From the human T2T-CHM13v2.0 reference genome, Homo sapiens: a stretch of DNA of 64,000 bases. Positions 28,523-40,496 of the stretch are shown here, in pieces. Made by a program: the position numbers and the translations under genes. The stretch is from the NCBI RefSeq assembly GCF_009914755.1, contig NC_060937.1. One strand, written 5' to 3'. How positions within the stretch are numbered: the first letter of the stretch is position 1; each line of letters starts with the position of its first letter. The notes beneath the pieces are model-generated. The model saw nothing but the letters and a program-made list of their open reading frames with translations. It did not search any database and was not told the origin of the DNA.

Positions 28523-31500
28523 ACAGCAAAAAAATGGTAACCATTTAAAATGTTACAAAGCTGTTTTAAATATGGTGATAGGGCTGTATCACACATAATA
28601 CATTACTTAATGTAGTTCTTAAAGTGTAAATTCTAACATATTTCAGAACAAAGCCTGAATTCATTTGCTAAAAACACTGGTTTTACAAATTGTTATTCTG
28701 ACTAAGGAGAAATAAAAATGTATCACTGAGGAACATGACCAAAAATTTGAAATACTGTCAAGGACCATCATTTTCACCCCAAACAGGAGCAGTTTCTCCA
28801 GTGATTTTGATTGGCATTTTGAAATGTGCCTATGAATAAAACAAAGAAAATGGCATACCTCACATTCAAATGCCTACACAGAGATAATAATGGAAGCAAT
28901 GTTTTATGGGTCATTGGGGAAGGCAATCCCATCTGAATGTTTGTTCCTGAGGATGATAAGAGCAGAGTGAATATTCTTCTGCATCATATAACTCAGACTA
29001 GAGGAAAGACTGATGGATGATGATTGTTTTAATACAAAAAGCCTGAGCAACAGAGGGTGGTTGAAACAGAGACATATGCACAAACACACACACATGCGAT
29101 AACTGAACAGGAGTTATTCTAGATACTTTGAAGTTGTGAATAAATTCAAAGTGCCAGAGCCCTGAACCCAGCCCTGAGGGTGGGTCTATAACTTTGTTCT
29201 CTCCTGTGCTGTTAGGTGTAAAAAGGTAATGGAATTATAGACCAAAGGCAGACAAAAATTTTTTAAAGGCAAGTTTTATTTTCTTTTGTTTTTCATAACT
29301 GGAGTAAGTGCTTCCTGCTAAACTTTCTAAAACAGATGGTTGTCTGTTCTAGGATGAAAGATTAATAGTGAAAGAAATTCCTCAGCCTTGCTCAGGAGCA
29401 CACAGCCTTTGCTGGCAGGCAGTAATCAGAAACAAAATGTGCCTTTTGAGGCAACGTTTTTGAGAAAGTTTGAATTTGAGAGGCAGTATAGCAGATAGGA
29501 TTATTCTTTTTTGGACTGTTCTTTTCTCTGTCTCTCTCTGAGCACTCCCTCCCAGTCTCCTCCCTTATCCCTAGTAAACTGTATTTACATCTAAATCCTT
29601 CTACTTCTCGGAGACCAACTGTAAAAATATTTTTTCAATTATTTTGTAGCTAATATAAAAATGATAACCTAGTATATGTTGATAATGATTGTAGGTAAAC
29701 GTCATCTGATCCTTACTATTTTTTTTTTTTACTAAGAAGTAGACAAGGAATTACGTGTAATCTAGTGGAGTGAGGTTAGTAAATATTGTATACACATCAC
29801 CAGCCGAGTCATATGCATTTTGCACAATAATTACGTATCTCATGGGAAGAAAATTACTAGATGCTCCTTTCTTCATCAATACACACACACATATGCATGC
29901 ACACAGTTTAATGTGATCTTAAGGGATAAAAAAGTTTGATGAGATTTTAAAATGCGGTAGTGTATTCATCTAGTTTAAGAGTTAGGCTCTTAAATTGACT
30001 TTGTTACATTCCTTATTGAACCTTCAGATTGGTGGCTTTCATATGAACAATTAATGTTTTAATTATCAGTCACTTTTAACTATACATTTAATGCAGATGA
30101 TAAGCAAGCCTACAATTCAATTTTTATGTCTTTAAGCATACTTCTGGAATCAGTGAAGGTGCCAAAATAAAATAATAGTGTAACTTATACTAGAGTATAG
30201 ATGGGGAATTCTGCTAGACTTCATGGTGTAAAGAAAGATGGCTCAAGATATGAGTGCCTGGGCAAACAGGAATGCAAAGCGATTTATTGTGCCAAGATGT
30301 ATTAATGTTATATCCTTATGTTCTGTGTTTAATAAGGATGTTGTATCAGCACGATAAGTTGAGTTTGGCTTGGAATCATTATGTATGGAAACTTAGAATG
30401 GGATAATTGGAAGCAAGAGAAGCAGGCTTTTTGAATGAACAACATAAGTGCCTGATTGTCTTTTTCTCTTGATTAAATAAGATGTGGTTCTCAGTGTCAC
30501 AGTGGGGTGTGTCTGAATACCAGTTTTTGACAATTTTGTGTCATCAGTGCTATTTTGTTTAATTTTATCTGTCTCGTTTTGATGTATTCAGAAAATTAGA
30601 CTGATCAATCACACTAAGAGAATCAGCAATATGACAGGAATATCAGTGTGACCTGCCTAAAGATTTCATTGTGGTTTTAGAATGTCATATTTTACTTTCT
30701 TTCCCCAACGTAATATTAACATATATTCAGTCATTCAGATATTCAATCTGAATATATATTCATATATTCAGAGAACTGATTGATAAACATTTTTAAAATG
30801 CTGAGTGATAGTTTATTGATTCTCACTCTGGTCTTCTCTACTTTAGTTTAAATAATTGGAAGCTATGTGATTTGCTAAACAGTTCCTGGTTTACAATTTA
30901 TTTTCAGTACTCACGCAACTTCCTTGCAACCTCTTTGAAGAAGTAAAAGATTGTATCTTTCAAATATATTGTAGATGATTCTAAATTCTGTGCTCTACTG
31001 ATACGTCACACAATTGAGAATAGTTTAACAAGACTGGGGATTTGTCGGCATTTATTTAGAATGACTGCTTGGTTAAATATTTTTTGTTCATAGATAAAAT
31101 ATTTCCTCCTTTTGTCATTTTTTGAGTTATTTAGTCAAAGATAAATATCACTCTTTGATGATATCTAGTCATGCCATATCCTTTAGCATAGCTATAAAAT
31201 GAAAGAAAAGAATTATCTTGGATTATGGTTTTCAAAAAGTCATGACTAAATTGAGAAAGACAAGACAAAATCAAAAGCAAAATTCCAGAGATTGAAGTTA
31301 GAACTCACGAAGAGCAATTAAATTAAGGTAGTATGCAGAACATAAAAGAGTGGCAAACGTCCTTCTTTTTTTTAAACTCCAATTCTGGAAAACTTGCTGG
31401 CTAGGCTATTATCTACAGTTACTTCAACTATTCCTTTGTAGTAGTCAGATAATATAAAAGATGTAAACTCATGACAGCTCTATCTTGTACCTGCTCAAAT

Positions 31501-32025
31501 GGAAATTACTGACCAAATGAAATTCCCTATATTGCATGCTTAAGTGGCTTTGTGAAAGATATTGAAAAAAATGCTAACAGTCTTTCTTAACAAGAAAAAT
31601 GTTGTATGTTTCACTTATGTAATAGTTGACCAAATACAATGAATACAAATGTAGAATTCTTATATTTTAAAGTTTGACAGCCCAGGGAGGAATATAGGTA
31701 CAATAATAATAACAAGAACAACAACACTAAGAATGATACTAATAATATTAGAGTGCAATACTCTAATAAAGATGAAAGAGCTACCGAGACATTACTTTGA
31801 CATAGAGTCTAGAGGAAGACCAAAGATCTTACTGACTTTTCCCTGAATTTATCTATCTCTAAGGTCAGGTTCACCCTTTCACAAAGAATGCCAACCTGCT
31901 GAACACACGGTGAGACACTTTATAGAATGTGCCTAGAAGAATAACAAAGAAAAAAACTTTGGGGAAAAAAAAACTTATGGCATGATTTAGAGTGCAGTCA
32001 TTATTAACAATAAGGGGAATAGTTT

Positions 32026-32146
32026 ATAATAAATAGGCAGAAGTGTATAATTGACTCAGGGTTTTCTGCTTGTTTTGTTTTTAATTATCACTGGTTCTGT
32101 GCAGCAGAGAGTTAAATATTTCTAGACTCCTGCTTCTCATCGATAT
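32026..32146 (+). repeat. Direct repeat copy 1 (~121 bp, non-TE)
   Basis: About 90% identical to 32741-32864 by manual alignment (12 substitutions, one 3-bp indel). Confidence 0.92.
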
Positions 32147-32196
32147 CTTTGAAGATCAATATTTCACTTCCTTCTTCATCATACCTATTTCAAGAC

Positions 32197-32743
32197 TGTG
32201 TAAAACAAGTCTTTCATTCCACCTTCTCCTTTTAAAATTGGCCTTGACATTGGTCCCATTGTGCATGTGTGTTTGTGTAATGGGAGAGGGATTTTTGCTC
32301 CCTCCTCTTGAATCTGGACGCATCTGTGATTCATTGGCATCTAACTGAATGTAGCAGAAGTGATGCTGCATGACTTGTGAGGTGAGGCCATTAAAGTGAT
32401 GCACTTTCTCAGTGGTTACTACAGCACTGCTCTTGGAGCACTGAGCAAAGTTGCCAACTCTTCTGAAGACTGCATTCTGTGAAGAAGTTTACACTGGCCC
32501 ATGCAGACACAACACGTGGAGAGCCACTGAGACTACTGAAAGAGAAAGAGATGCCTACTCACCCAAGCTGCTCCAGACCCCTATTATTCCAACACTACCC
32601 ATGGTCTAACTGCAATACTGAGATACTTGGAAGCAATACTGGAGTTAAATCTTTCCTAATTTCTGACTCGCATATTGTTGCTGTATATAAGTACCTATAT
32701 TTCAGAATGATTTGTAACACAGAAAATACGCCAATAACCAATA
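32197..32743 (+). mobile_element. MLT1-type MaLR LTR (MLT1G/H-like); 5' boundary approximate
   Basis: ctccctcctcttgaatctgg, aatgtagcagaagtgatgctgcatgactt and 3' end atttcagaatgatttgtaacacagaaaata...ataaccaata. Confidence 0.75.
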
Positions 32744-32864
32744 ATAAATAGGCAGACATGTATAACTGACTCAGGGTTTTTTGCTTGTTGTTTTGTTTTT
32801 AATTATTGCTGGTTCTGAGAATCAGAGAGTTACATATTTCTAAACTTCTGCTTCTCATCGATAT
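32741..32864 (+). repeat. Direct repeat copy 2 (~124 bp, non-TE)
   Basis: ataataaataggcag...cttctcatcgatat; matches 32026-32146. Confidence 0.92.
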
Positions 32865-32939
32865 TTAATCTTTATATTTGTGGGACTTTAAAAGAATAGG
32901 GAGGTCTTATTCCTGGGTACAATTAAATGAGGTTTGCAT

Positions 32940-33312
32940 ATATATACCATGGAATACTATGCAGCCATAAAAAAGAATGAGTTCACGTCCTTTGCAGGGA
33001 CATGGATGAAGCTGGAAGCCATCATTCTCAGCAAACTAACACAGGAAGAGAAAGCCAAACACTGCATGTTCTCACTCATAAGTGGGAGTTGACCAGTGAG
33101 AACACATGGACACAGGGAGGGGAACATCACACACCAGGGCCTGTTGGAGGGTGGGAGGCAAGGGGACAGAGTGCATTAGGACAAATACTTAATGCATGAA
33201 GGGTTGATAGGTGCAGCAAACCACCATGGCACATATATACCCATGTAACAAACCTGCACGTTCTGCACATGTATCCCAGAACTTAAAATAAAATAAATAA
33301 AAAATAATAATA
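32940..33312 (+). mobile_element. 5'-truncated L1PA (PA8-10-like) 3' end
   Basis: ggaatactatgcagccataaaaaagaatgag...gtatcccagaacttaaa plus A tail. TSD aaatgaggtttgcat 32925-32939 / aaacggggtttgcat 33313-33327. Confidence 0.92.
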
Positions 33313-33724
33313 AAACGGGGTTTGCATTTTAACTTCTCATCATTTTAACTTTTTTTGCTACTTTTAATATTTTAATATGCTTGTTTACTTTCTTTGCCAA
33401 TAGCTTTGTTTCTCTGATGAAATTTAAATGATTCAACAATCAGATTTAACATGATTTTAAAGAATTACTTTAAAATATGTTATGCATTGACCATACAGTT
33501 GTCTTTTTTTAATGTATTATTACAATGACAGAACTGAGTGTGCATTATGTGAGGTATAATACTCAAAATGTAGTGCCTAATATACTAACATATTATATTA
33601 GTTTATAAAAAGGAAAATAAACCTATTTGCTGACAATCATAATGTCAATTCTATACTAAGGTGTGAGACCATATTAGTGATATGGCCCTTCATGGTCTTC
33701 ATGATCAGTTCATTTCAAAGTGGG

Positions 33725-33890
33725 ATATATATACATATATGCACACACACACACACACATACAGATATATATATGTAAAATACATATATGTATATATGTA
33801 AGCATAATTTATATTATATAATATATAGCATATATACATAAAATACATACATATATACACTTATACCTATATATACTTATACATATAAAT
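33725..33890. repeat. (TA)n/(CA)n low-complexity microsatellite
   Basis: Alternating purine-pyrimidine tract including a (CA) run at about 33742-33759. Confidence 0.85.
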
Positions 33891-34899
33891 AAATAAAAAT
33901 ATCACTTAAGCTTTAACATAGAAAAAAGGTGTAGAAGATTCCCAGTGCACAGGGTATTTGTGGAGAAGGTTGTCAATGTAAGAGATCATGTAGGGCCACA
34001 GGAAGGGAAAGCATGACTATTTTATAAATGAGATCCAGGCTAAAATAAGAGTAAATAATTTAGAAAGAGTTAGCAGGACTTTGAGGACACATTTCATCAA
34101 CTTTAGAAATTATACTAGATCTCGTTCCTCACTTCCTGATGGTCTCGATTTTAACTGCTATTGAAGTTAATACTAACTTACAGTGTCTGCTTTACATGAA
34201 TTTGCATTAATGTATTTGCTTTCACTTTTACCATTTTAAACTAAGAACATTTAGCTTGACATTTCATGTTCAGTCAAGCCCAAGCAAGCTTCCAAATAAA
34301 TGTAAAACTGGTGAGCTTCAGCCAACTCTATTGGGTTCACAAGGTTTTGACAAGTATTGTCATATTTTACAAAGAAACATGGAGATAAACTCAAATAGAA
34401 TCACAAAGCCCCATGAATTATCAAGAATTTGTTATAAAAACTGGGCAGCTCAACTAAATTGAAACAGCGAACCTAGGTCTCTGCTAATCCAGAAACAATG
34501 AAACAGTTCATTTAGAAACCTGACCAGGGTCTAGACAAACTTGACTTTTTCTAAAATTGAAGTCCTAAATAGCTGAGTTTGCATGCTATTGGATTTGAAA
34601 TAAAATTTTGCTTCAACTTTTGCTGAGACAAAAAAAGGATGGATTTTTAAAAGTCATACAAAGAGAAAAAGAGGTATTTCTTAATAGTCTGATTATACAT
34701 TAAAGGGAACATGAGGAACATTTGTCCAGGGTCTTAAAATTTAGTTCACTTTCATGGTAAAAATGGATACATATTCTTTGATACTTGTCCAGTCAAAAGC
34801 TGAGTTCTATTACTCTTCACATTAAAAATGGGCTAACTAGTTTCCTGCCAGTCCAGAGCCTGTTTGGCGATAATGGTATACCAGTTCTCTAGCTCTATA

Positions 34900-35253
34900 A
34901 TTTTCAAAATTGGTTGTTCTTGTGTCCTATATTTTGGAACATTTGTCTGTGGGGTCCTGAGTCATCATGCAAGTAAGATACTTACTAGATAAACCATGAG
35001 GAAAATTCAAAAAGAAGATTCTACCTGAGCTAGCTATTAAGATATTCCTGCTGAGGCCTTGGCATGTGAGTTAAGATGTTCTCATATCTCCAGATCAGCC
35101 CAGGAAGCAACTGAGTAGCTTTAGTGACCATGGGCACCACCACATGGATAATATTGCCTACTCAAGTCCTGCCTCAATTCCTGACCAGAGTTTATTGGTT
35201 TAAGCCACAAAAATTTCAGGTGTTTTTTAATGCAGATAGATAAAATGGATTAC
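34900..35253 (+). mobile_element. Ancient MLT1 (MaLR) LTR fragment
   Basis: gtcctgcctcaattcctgacc...tttaagccacaaaaatttcaggtgttttttaatgcagatagataaaatggattaca is an MLT1-type 3' end. Confidence 0.65.
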
Positions 35254-37964
35254 ATTGTTAAATTAACCTTATTTATTCTCTATAAGGTCACTGAAATATA
35301 TTGAGTTCTAGTAAAGTGTGTTTTTAGCAACATATCCCAGAAGTAATTTGATCAGCTTTATAAAGTTTACACTGAAAATGTCAGTTTATTTTAAGGAAGC
35401 AATGATACTGCTAACCACTCAATTATTTTTCAAACTGAATAACACCTCAAGGGTAGCTCTGCCACACAGCACCCAAAATACAAGCCCAAACTTTAAAATA
35501 AACTTACATCAAAAACAAAATAAATACATACAATATAATAAATACAAAGAAGGTATGAAATATGTAAATCAGTTTAGAATTTCTTTCGGGGTTATACAAG
35601 CAAGTCACTTTAATATGTGTTCTCTCACAATACCAGCAGTCATAGAGCCAGCTGGTTTTCAATTGATTCTGATGTTTGCAATATAAATGACCAATTTCTG
35701 CAACACTCATTCAACAAGTCATGCAGTCAATAACACAACAGAAAACACCATGAAGAACAGACTATTTTTTAATGTTTTATTGCAAAATCTTGGCAATAGT
35801 TTAATAACACAAACTATATTAATGTTTATTCTTTCATAAAAGAATCATCTAAGTCTTTGAGAATAATGCCCTAAGAGCAACTATAATATCTCATGGAAAA
35901 TTAAATTTAAAATATTTGTACTTACTTATAAAGCAAAATTACGTGATAAATTATAAAAATGTAAGTACAAAGCAATATATTAAAATGAGTCCAGAGAACA
36001 CATTAACAAATAAGGAATAAACTTGGCACTACATAAATTGTTTTACAAGGTTAAAAAATGACAGCAAAATGTCTAAATCATTTTGTTTAATATTCCATTT
36101 TGGTTTTTCTCAATAAATAATAATCATAAATTATTCGGTATTCTTTACAAGTTCAAATCACACACAAAAAAGACATAATCTCTTTTTTCTGGTCCCTAGG
36201 TCTAAAAATATTAGTTTTATGGATTCCATCCCTTCAACATTTAAAAATTAGTTTTCACACTAGTTGCAGGTATTCAGTTTGAATGTCTCCGTGTCTTCCA
36301 TGTTAACCTCTCTCTACATATACCTAGGTTTGGAATTTATTGGTATTGAGGTAACACCATGTTTAATATTTTGAGGAACTGGCGGACTATTTCAAGTAAG
36401 AGAAAATATCAGAAGTTCTGTTTTTACCAAGCATACATTTAGTGTGTATGTGTCTCTATGGGTTGAGGGTGGAGATGTTGCAGAGACAATACAGTAAACA
36501 AATGAATAAATTGTGTACTATAGAAAATTAAAAAGTGCTACAGAAAAAAAAAAATAGAGAAAGACAAGGGGGCCTAGAAAAGTGCAGAGGTGGTAAATGT
36601 GAATGCTAGTGTGGAGCAGGTTCTCCTAGAAGGCCTGCACTCTCTTAATGAGGTATTTAGGCACTGACCTCAAGAGGATGATAATTAACCATATAGAGAT
36701 TGGGATGTAATATTTCAAACAAGGAAACAAGGGTCAAGGTTATGAAAAGGAAGCAAATTTAACATGTTGGAAAGATGGTGGGGTGTCCAGTAAGTATAAC
36801 ATGAGATTTTAAGTAAGTATAATATGAGATTTTATTTTACAGTTTTTAATACTCTTTTCTCATATTTCTCAATTTTTCCTTCCCTGCAAATATTATACAA
36901 TATATTTTATATTCTCCTCAGAATTGAATCATTTGTAAATTTTGTGTTCTCTCTGATTTGATTCATATTAGTAAATTATTCAATAGAACAAAGATCAGGT
37001 CAGACTCCTGAAATGCATTATTAGAAAATTCCTTGCTGCTTCATAAGTGTCATGATCATCACATTTTTGTCATTAAAAAATTTGTTTTTTCAATCAATTT
37101 ATTTTTCTAAATTAAAGCCATTTTAAAATTTTATTTTATATACAGACAATCATATCTCTCTATAAAAACTGAATATTTCAAGAGAATTAGTACAATCTTT
37201 GTATCAAATTATATATAATATGTATTATGTATATAATTTTCCAAATATATAATATATATTTTTTCAAGGCAGGGTGCAATCTCTACTACTTCTGGTAGTT
37301 AAATAGAAACTTTATGGAGTGATGGGTTACAGACTAAGACTCAAATAGGGAGAGCATAACCATGATTCAAAATAGAGGGAAGAGAAGGATCAAAAACCCA
37401 GAGATGGGGGAAATATGCATTTGGTGTTGGAAAGCAGTGTGGTTTCAAGCTGAAGTGTTATGTCTAAGCTAGAAGGTATTTTAAGGTCACATTGTGAAAA
37501 CATTTTAAAAGAACTCTAAGACATTACAGTCTGAAAAAGTAATTAGAAGGTTTTGAGTTAGCTTTTTATACCATGAATTAATATTTCTAGGACTAAGATA
37601 TGTAGAGTTTGGAAGTTGTAAGTACCAAGATTAGTAAGAAGGGAAATGTCTACTACCACCTCAATCAGAGGAGGAGACAAATGTCACAAATTTGGGAGGG
37701 TGAGAAAATTGTAATACCAAAAGACCAATGTCTACAACTGTCTTAGTAGATTTCTATGAAAAATATTGAATTAAAAAAATCTGAATTAGTTTATTAGTCT
37801 TGGTTAAACTGAAAATTAAAAGATGAAATATAAGGATAAAATTCAATTTTTATGTAACACAAAAACAAATAAAACCATACAAGTATATAACCAGAAAATC
37901 AATCAGATTTTAAAATTAGAAATACAGAGGAATCTTTATTTTCTGTATGTTCTGTTTCAGCCAA

Positions 37965-38090
37965 GTCTGTGACATGGCAGTCTGAATGGCTAATGCTATT
38001 TTAAACTTCATTATTATAAATATAACACACAGATCAAAAAGGTTACAGTCTTTCTGGGTACTGGTCAGAAAGTATCTGGTATACTAGGCA
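37965..38090 (+). mobile_element. L3/CR1 LINE fragment
   Basis: gtgacatggcag...ggctaatgctattttaaacttcatt...cagatcaaaaaggttacagtc...actggtcagaaagtatctggtatact resembles the CR1 ORF2 3' region. Confidence 0.55.
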
Positions 38091-38274
38091 TAGTGTTTCC
38101 TCCTAAAAGCCACTTTCCTATCTTGCAGGATAAAATTTAAAGGCATGTTTAAGGCTTATCCAATTAAATTCCAACATGTGTTTGGGGCCTCCTCCCAGCT
38201 ACGACCTCCTCTCACTTGTTTACCTGCAAACAACTTCAAAGCTTTCGTACTCAAGTCTTACAAGGGCCCAGAAT

Positions 38275-38512
38275 TTATAGATAATGCTATATTGTTTACT
38301 TGAAATTTGATAAAAGAGCAGATTTTAGGTGCCTTCACCCACCAAACACACACAAATGGTAATTCTGGGTGGTGATGCTAATTAATATGACTGCAGTAAT
38401 TATATGTTAACATGACTGTGGTAATCACTAGACAATGTATACATATATAAAATCATCATGTTGTACACATTGAATATATGTAATTTTTATTTGTGGATTA
38501 ATTTTTTAAAAA
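38275..38512 (+). mobile_element. L1MA8/9-like 3'UTR end
   Basis: acttgaaatttgataaaagagcagattttaggtg...aaatcatcatgttgtacacattgaatatatgtaatttttatttgt. Confidence 0.8.
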
Positions 38513-39124
38513 GAGGCTAGGGTAAAAGAGGAGAGGATTTTGATAAACAGAAAAGTGAGGGCCCTATCTATAGGTAGCCACTTTCATTGGGAAAGGCAGA
38601 GGCCACCTGCTGAATATAATATGCACCTGTGGCTATTATTTTGCAGCGGACCTACTTGGCAGTATTCACTATTCCACAAATTCTCTTGTTTTCTCTCATC
38701 CTCTGATTTAGTTTTCAGTTTTCTTTTGCATGAATTTTAATGATTTTCTTTTATTCAATATTCAAGTTCCAATAAAAATTGTGGCTATCCTGTGAAGACT
38801 TTCCCAAGTGTTCCAATCAGAAAAGAACCTCCTTCTACCATGTTACCACAGCAGCTCCTAGAGATGTTTGCTTGAAGAATCATAATATCATTTTCTTTAG
38901 TTTTATTTAACCTGTTAATATTTTTTTCAGTTGCATATAAACACATACATGACAAATCAAGACATAGATTTCACTTTAAAATGTTAAAATAAAAACAGTC
39001 AATTGTGAAGAACCATTACAGATATTTGTATTCTTCACAGTTTCTTGGTTAGAAGCAAAAGAAAAACTAAACATCTTACTTTAATTTTGGAAATACATTT
39101 GACCTTTCTTAATAATAATAATAA

Positions 39125-39512
<388 letters not shown>

Positions 39513-40095
39513 GAGAACACAGCTTTTGAAAGGACCTGTCACAGGGTCCCTGCTGAATAATAATAATTATTATTATATGGAGCTTATAAACTCAATAAGT
39601 AGAAAGATAAAATAACAGTGTCAAACAGATGTAGTGGAAATGAGGTGAAGTCATCTAGGAAAATAGAAGTCTATGATTAGAAAAAGGAATGTTAGAGGTA
39701 CATTTAAGTTTTATTTAAAACAGAGCAGTTGCAAATAGTGACAATATCCAAGATGACGTCTTGGCTATAGAAAGAAGCACAGAGAAAGACATAGGGAGTT
39801 GGAGAAAATTTAAAATTCTGAGGTTCTGGTGTAGCATTGGTCATTCACATAAACACTAACATCAACAAAAAGAATAGGCTGGGTGCCAAGGACTTCAATG
39901 AGTTCTGGGGAGTGTTGTTGAAAGGTTAGTAGACTGGAGCAATTACAAGAGGCCGGAATTATTCTATACAGGTGTGGAGGATCAAGAATTTAAACATTTA
40001 AGAGGGGAACCAGGTGAATGTCAAAACACCTACATGTAGAACAAGGAAGAAGGAGTAAACATTTCTGATAGAATTTGAGTGGAAGAGATATCCAG

Positions 40096-40496
40096 TGTAT
40101 TAGGCCATTCTTGCATTACTATAAAGAAATACCTGAAACTGGGTCACTTATAAGAAAACAGCCTTAGTTGCCTCACAGTTCTGAAGGCTGTACAGCAAAC
40201 ATAGCACCGGCATCTGCTTCTCCAGAGGCCTGATGAAATTTTTACTCATGGCAGAAGGTGAAGCAGGAGCAGTCACATTTCATGGCCAGAGCCGGCGCAA
40301 GAGAGAGAAATGGAGGAGGTGCCACACACTTTTAAGTGACCAGATCCCTCAAACCTCACTCACTGTCAAGAGGACAGCACCAAGTCATGAGGGATACACC
40401 CCCATTATCCAATCACTCCTACCAGGCCCTACGTCTAGTACTGAGTATTACAATTCAACATGAGATTTACGTGGGGAAATTATACAAACTGTAACA
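40096..40496 (-). mobile_element. Solo MaLR LTR, MSTA-like
   Basis: tgtattaggccattcttgcattactataaagaaatacctga...caattcaacatgagattt...tacaaactgtaaca. Degenerate 5-bp TSD tccag / cctag. Confidence 0.9.

Noticed and set aside
31746-31768. Perfect 9-bp stem hairpin tattagagt-gcaat-actctaata
   Set aside because: It is short and AT-rich, expected by chance in 64 kb, and has no RNA-gene context.
35318-35686. Longest ORF in the window (122 aa)
   Set aside because: It has a non-ATG start, low-complexity AT-driven composition, no recognisable domain and no splice context.
36789-36834. 23-bp tandem duplication agtaagtataa(c/t)atgagatttta
   Set aside because: The repeat is real but is ordinary slippage with no functional cue.
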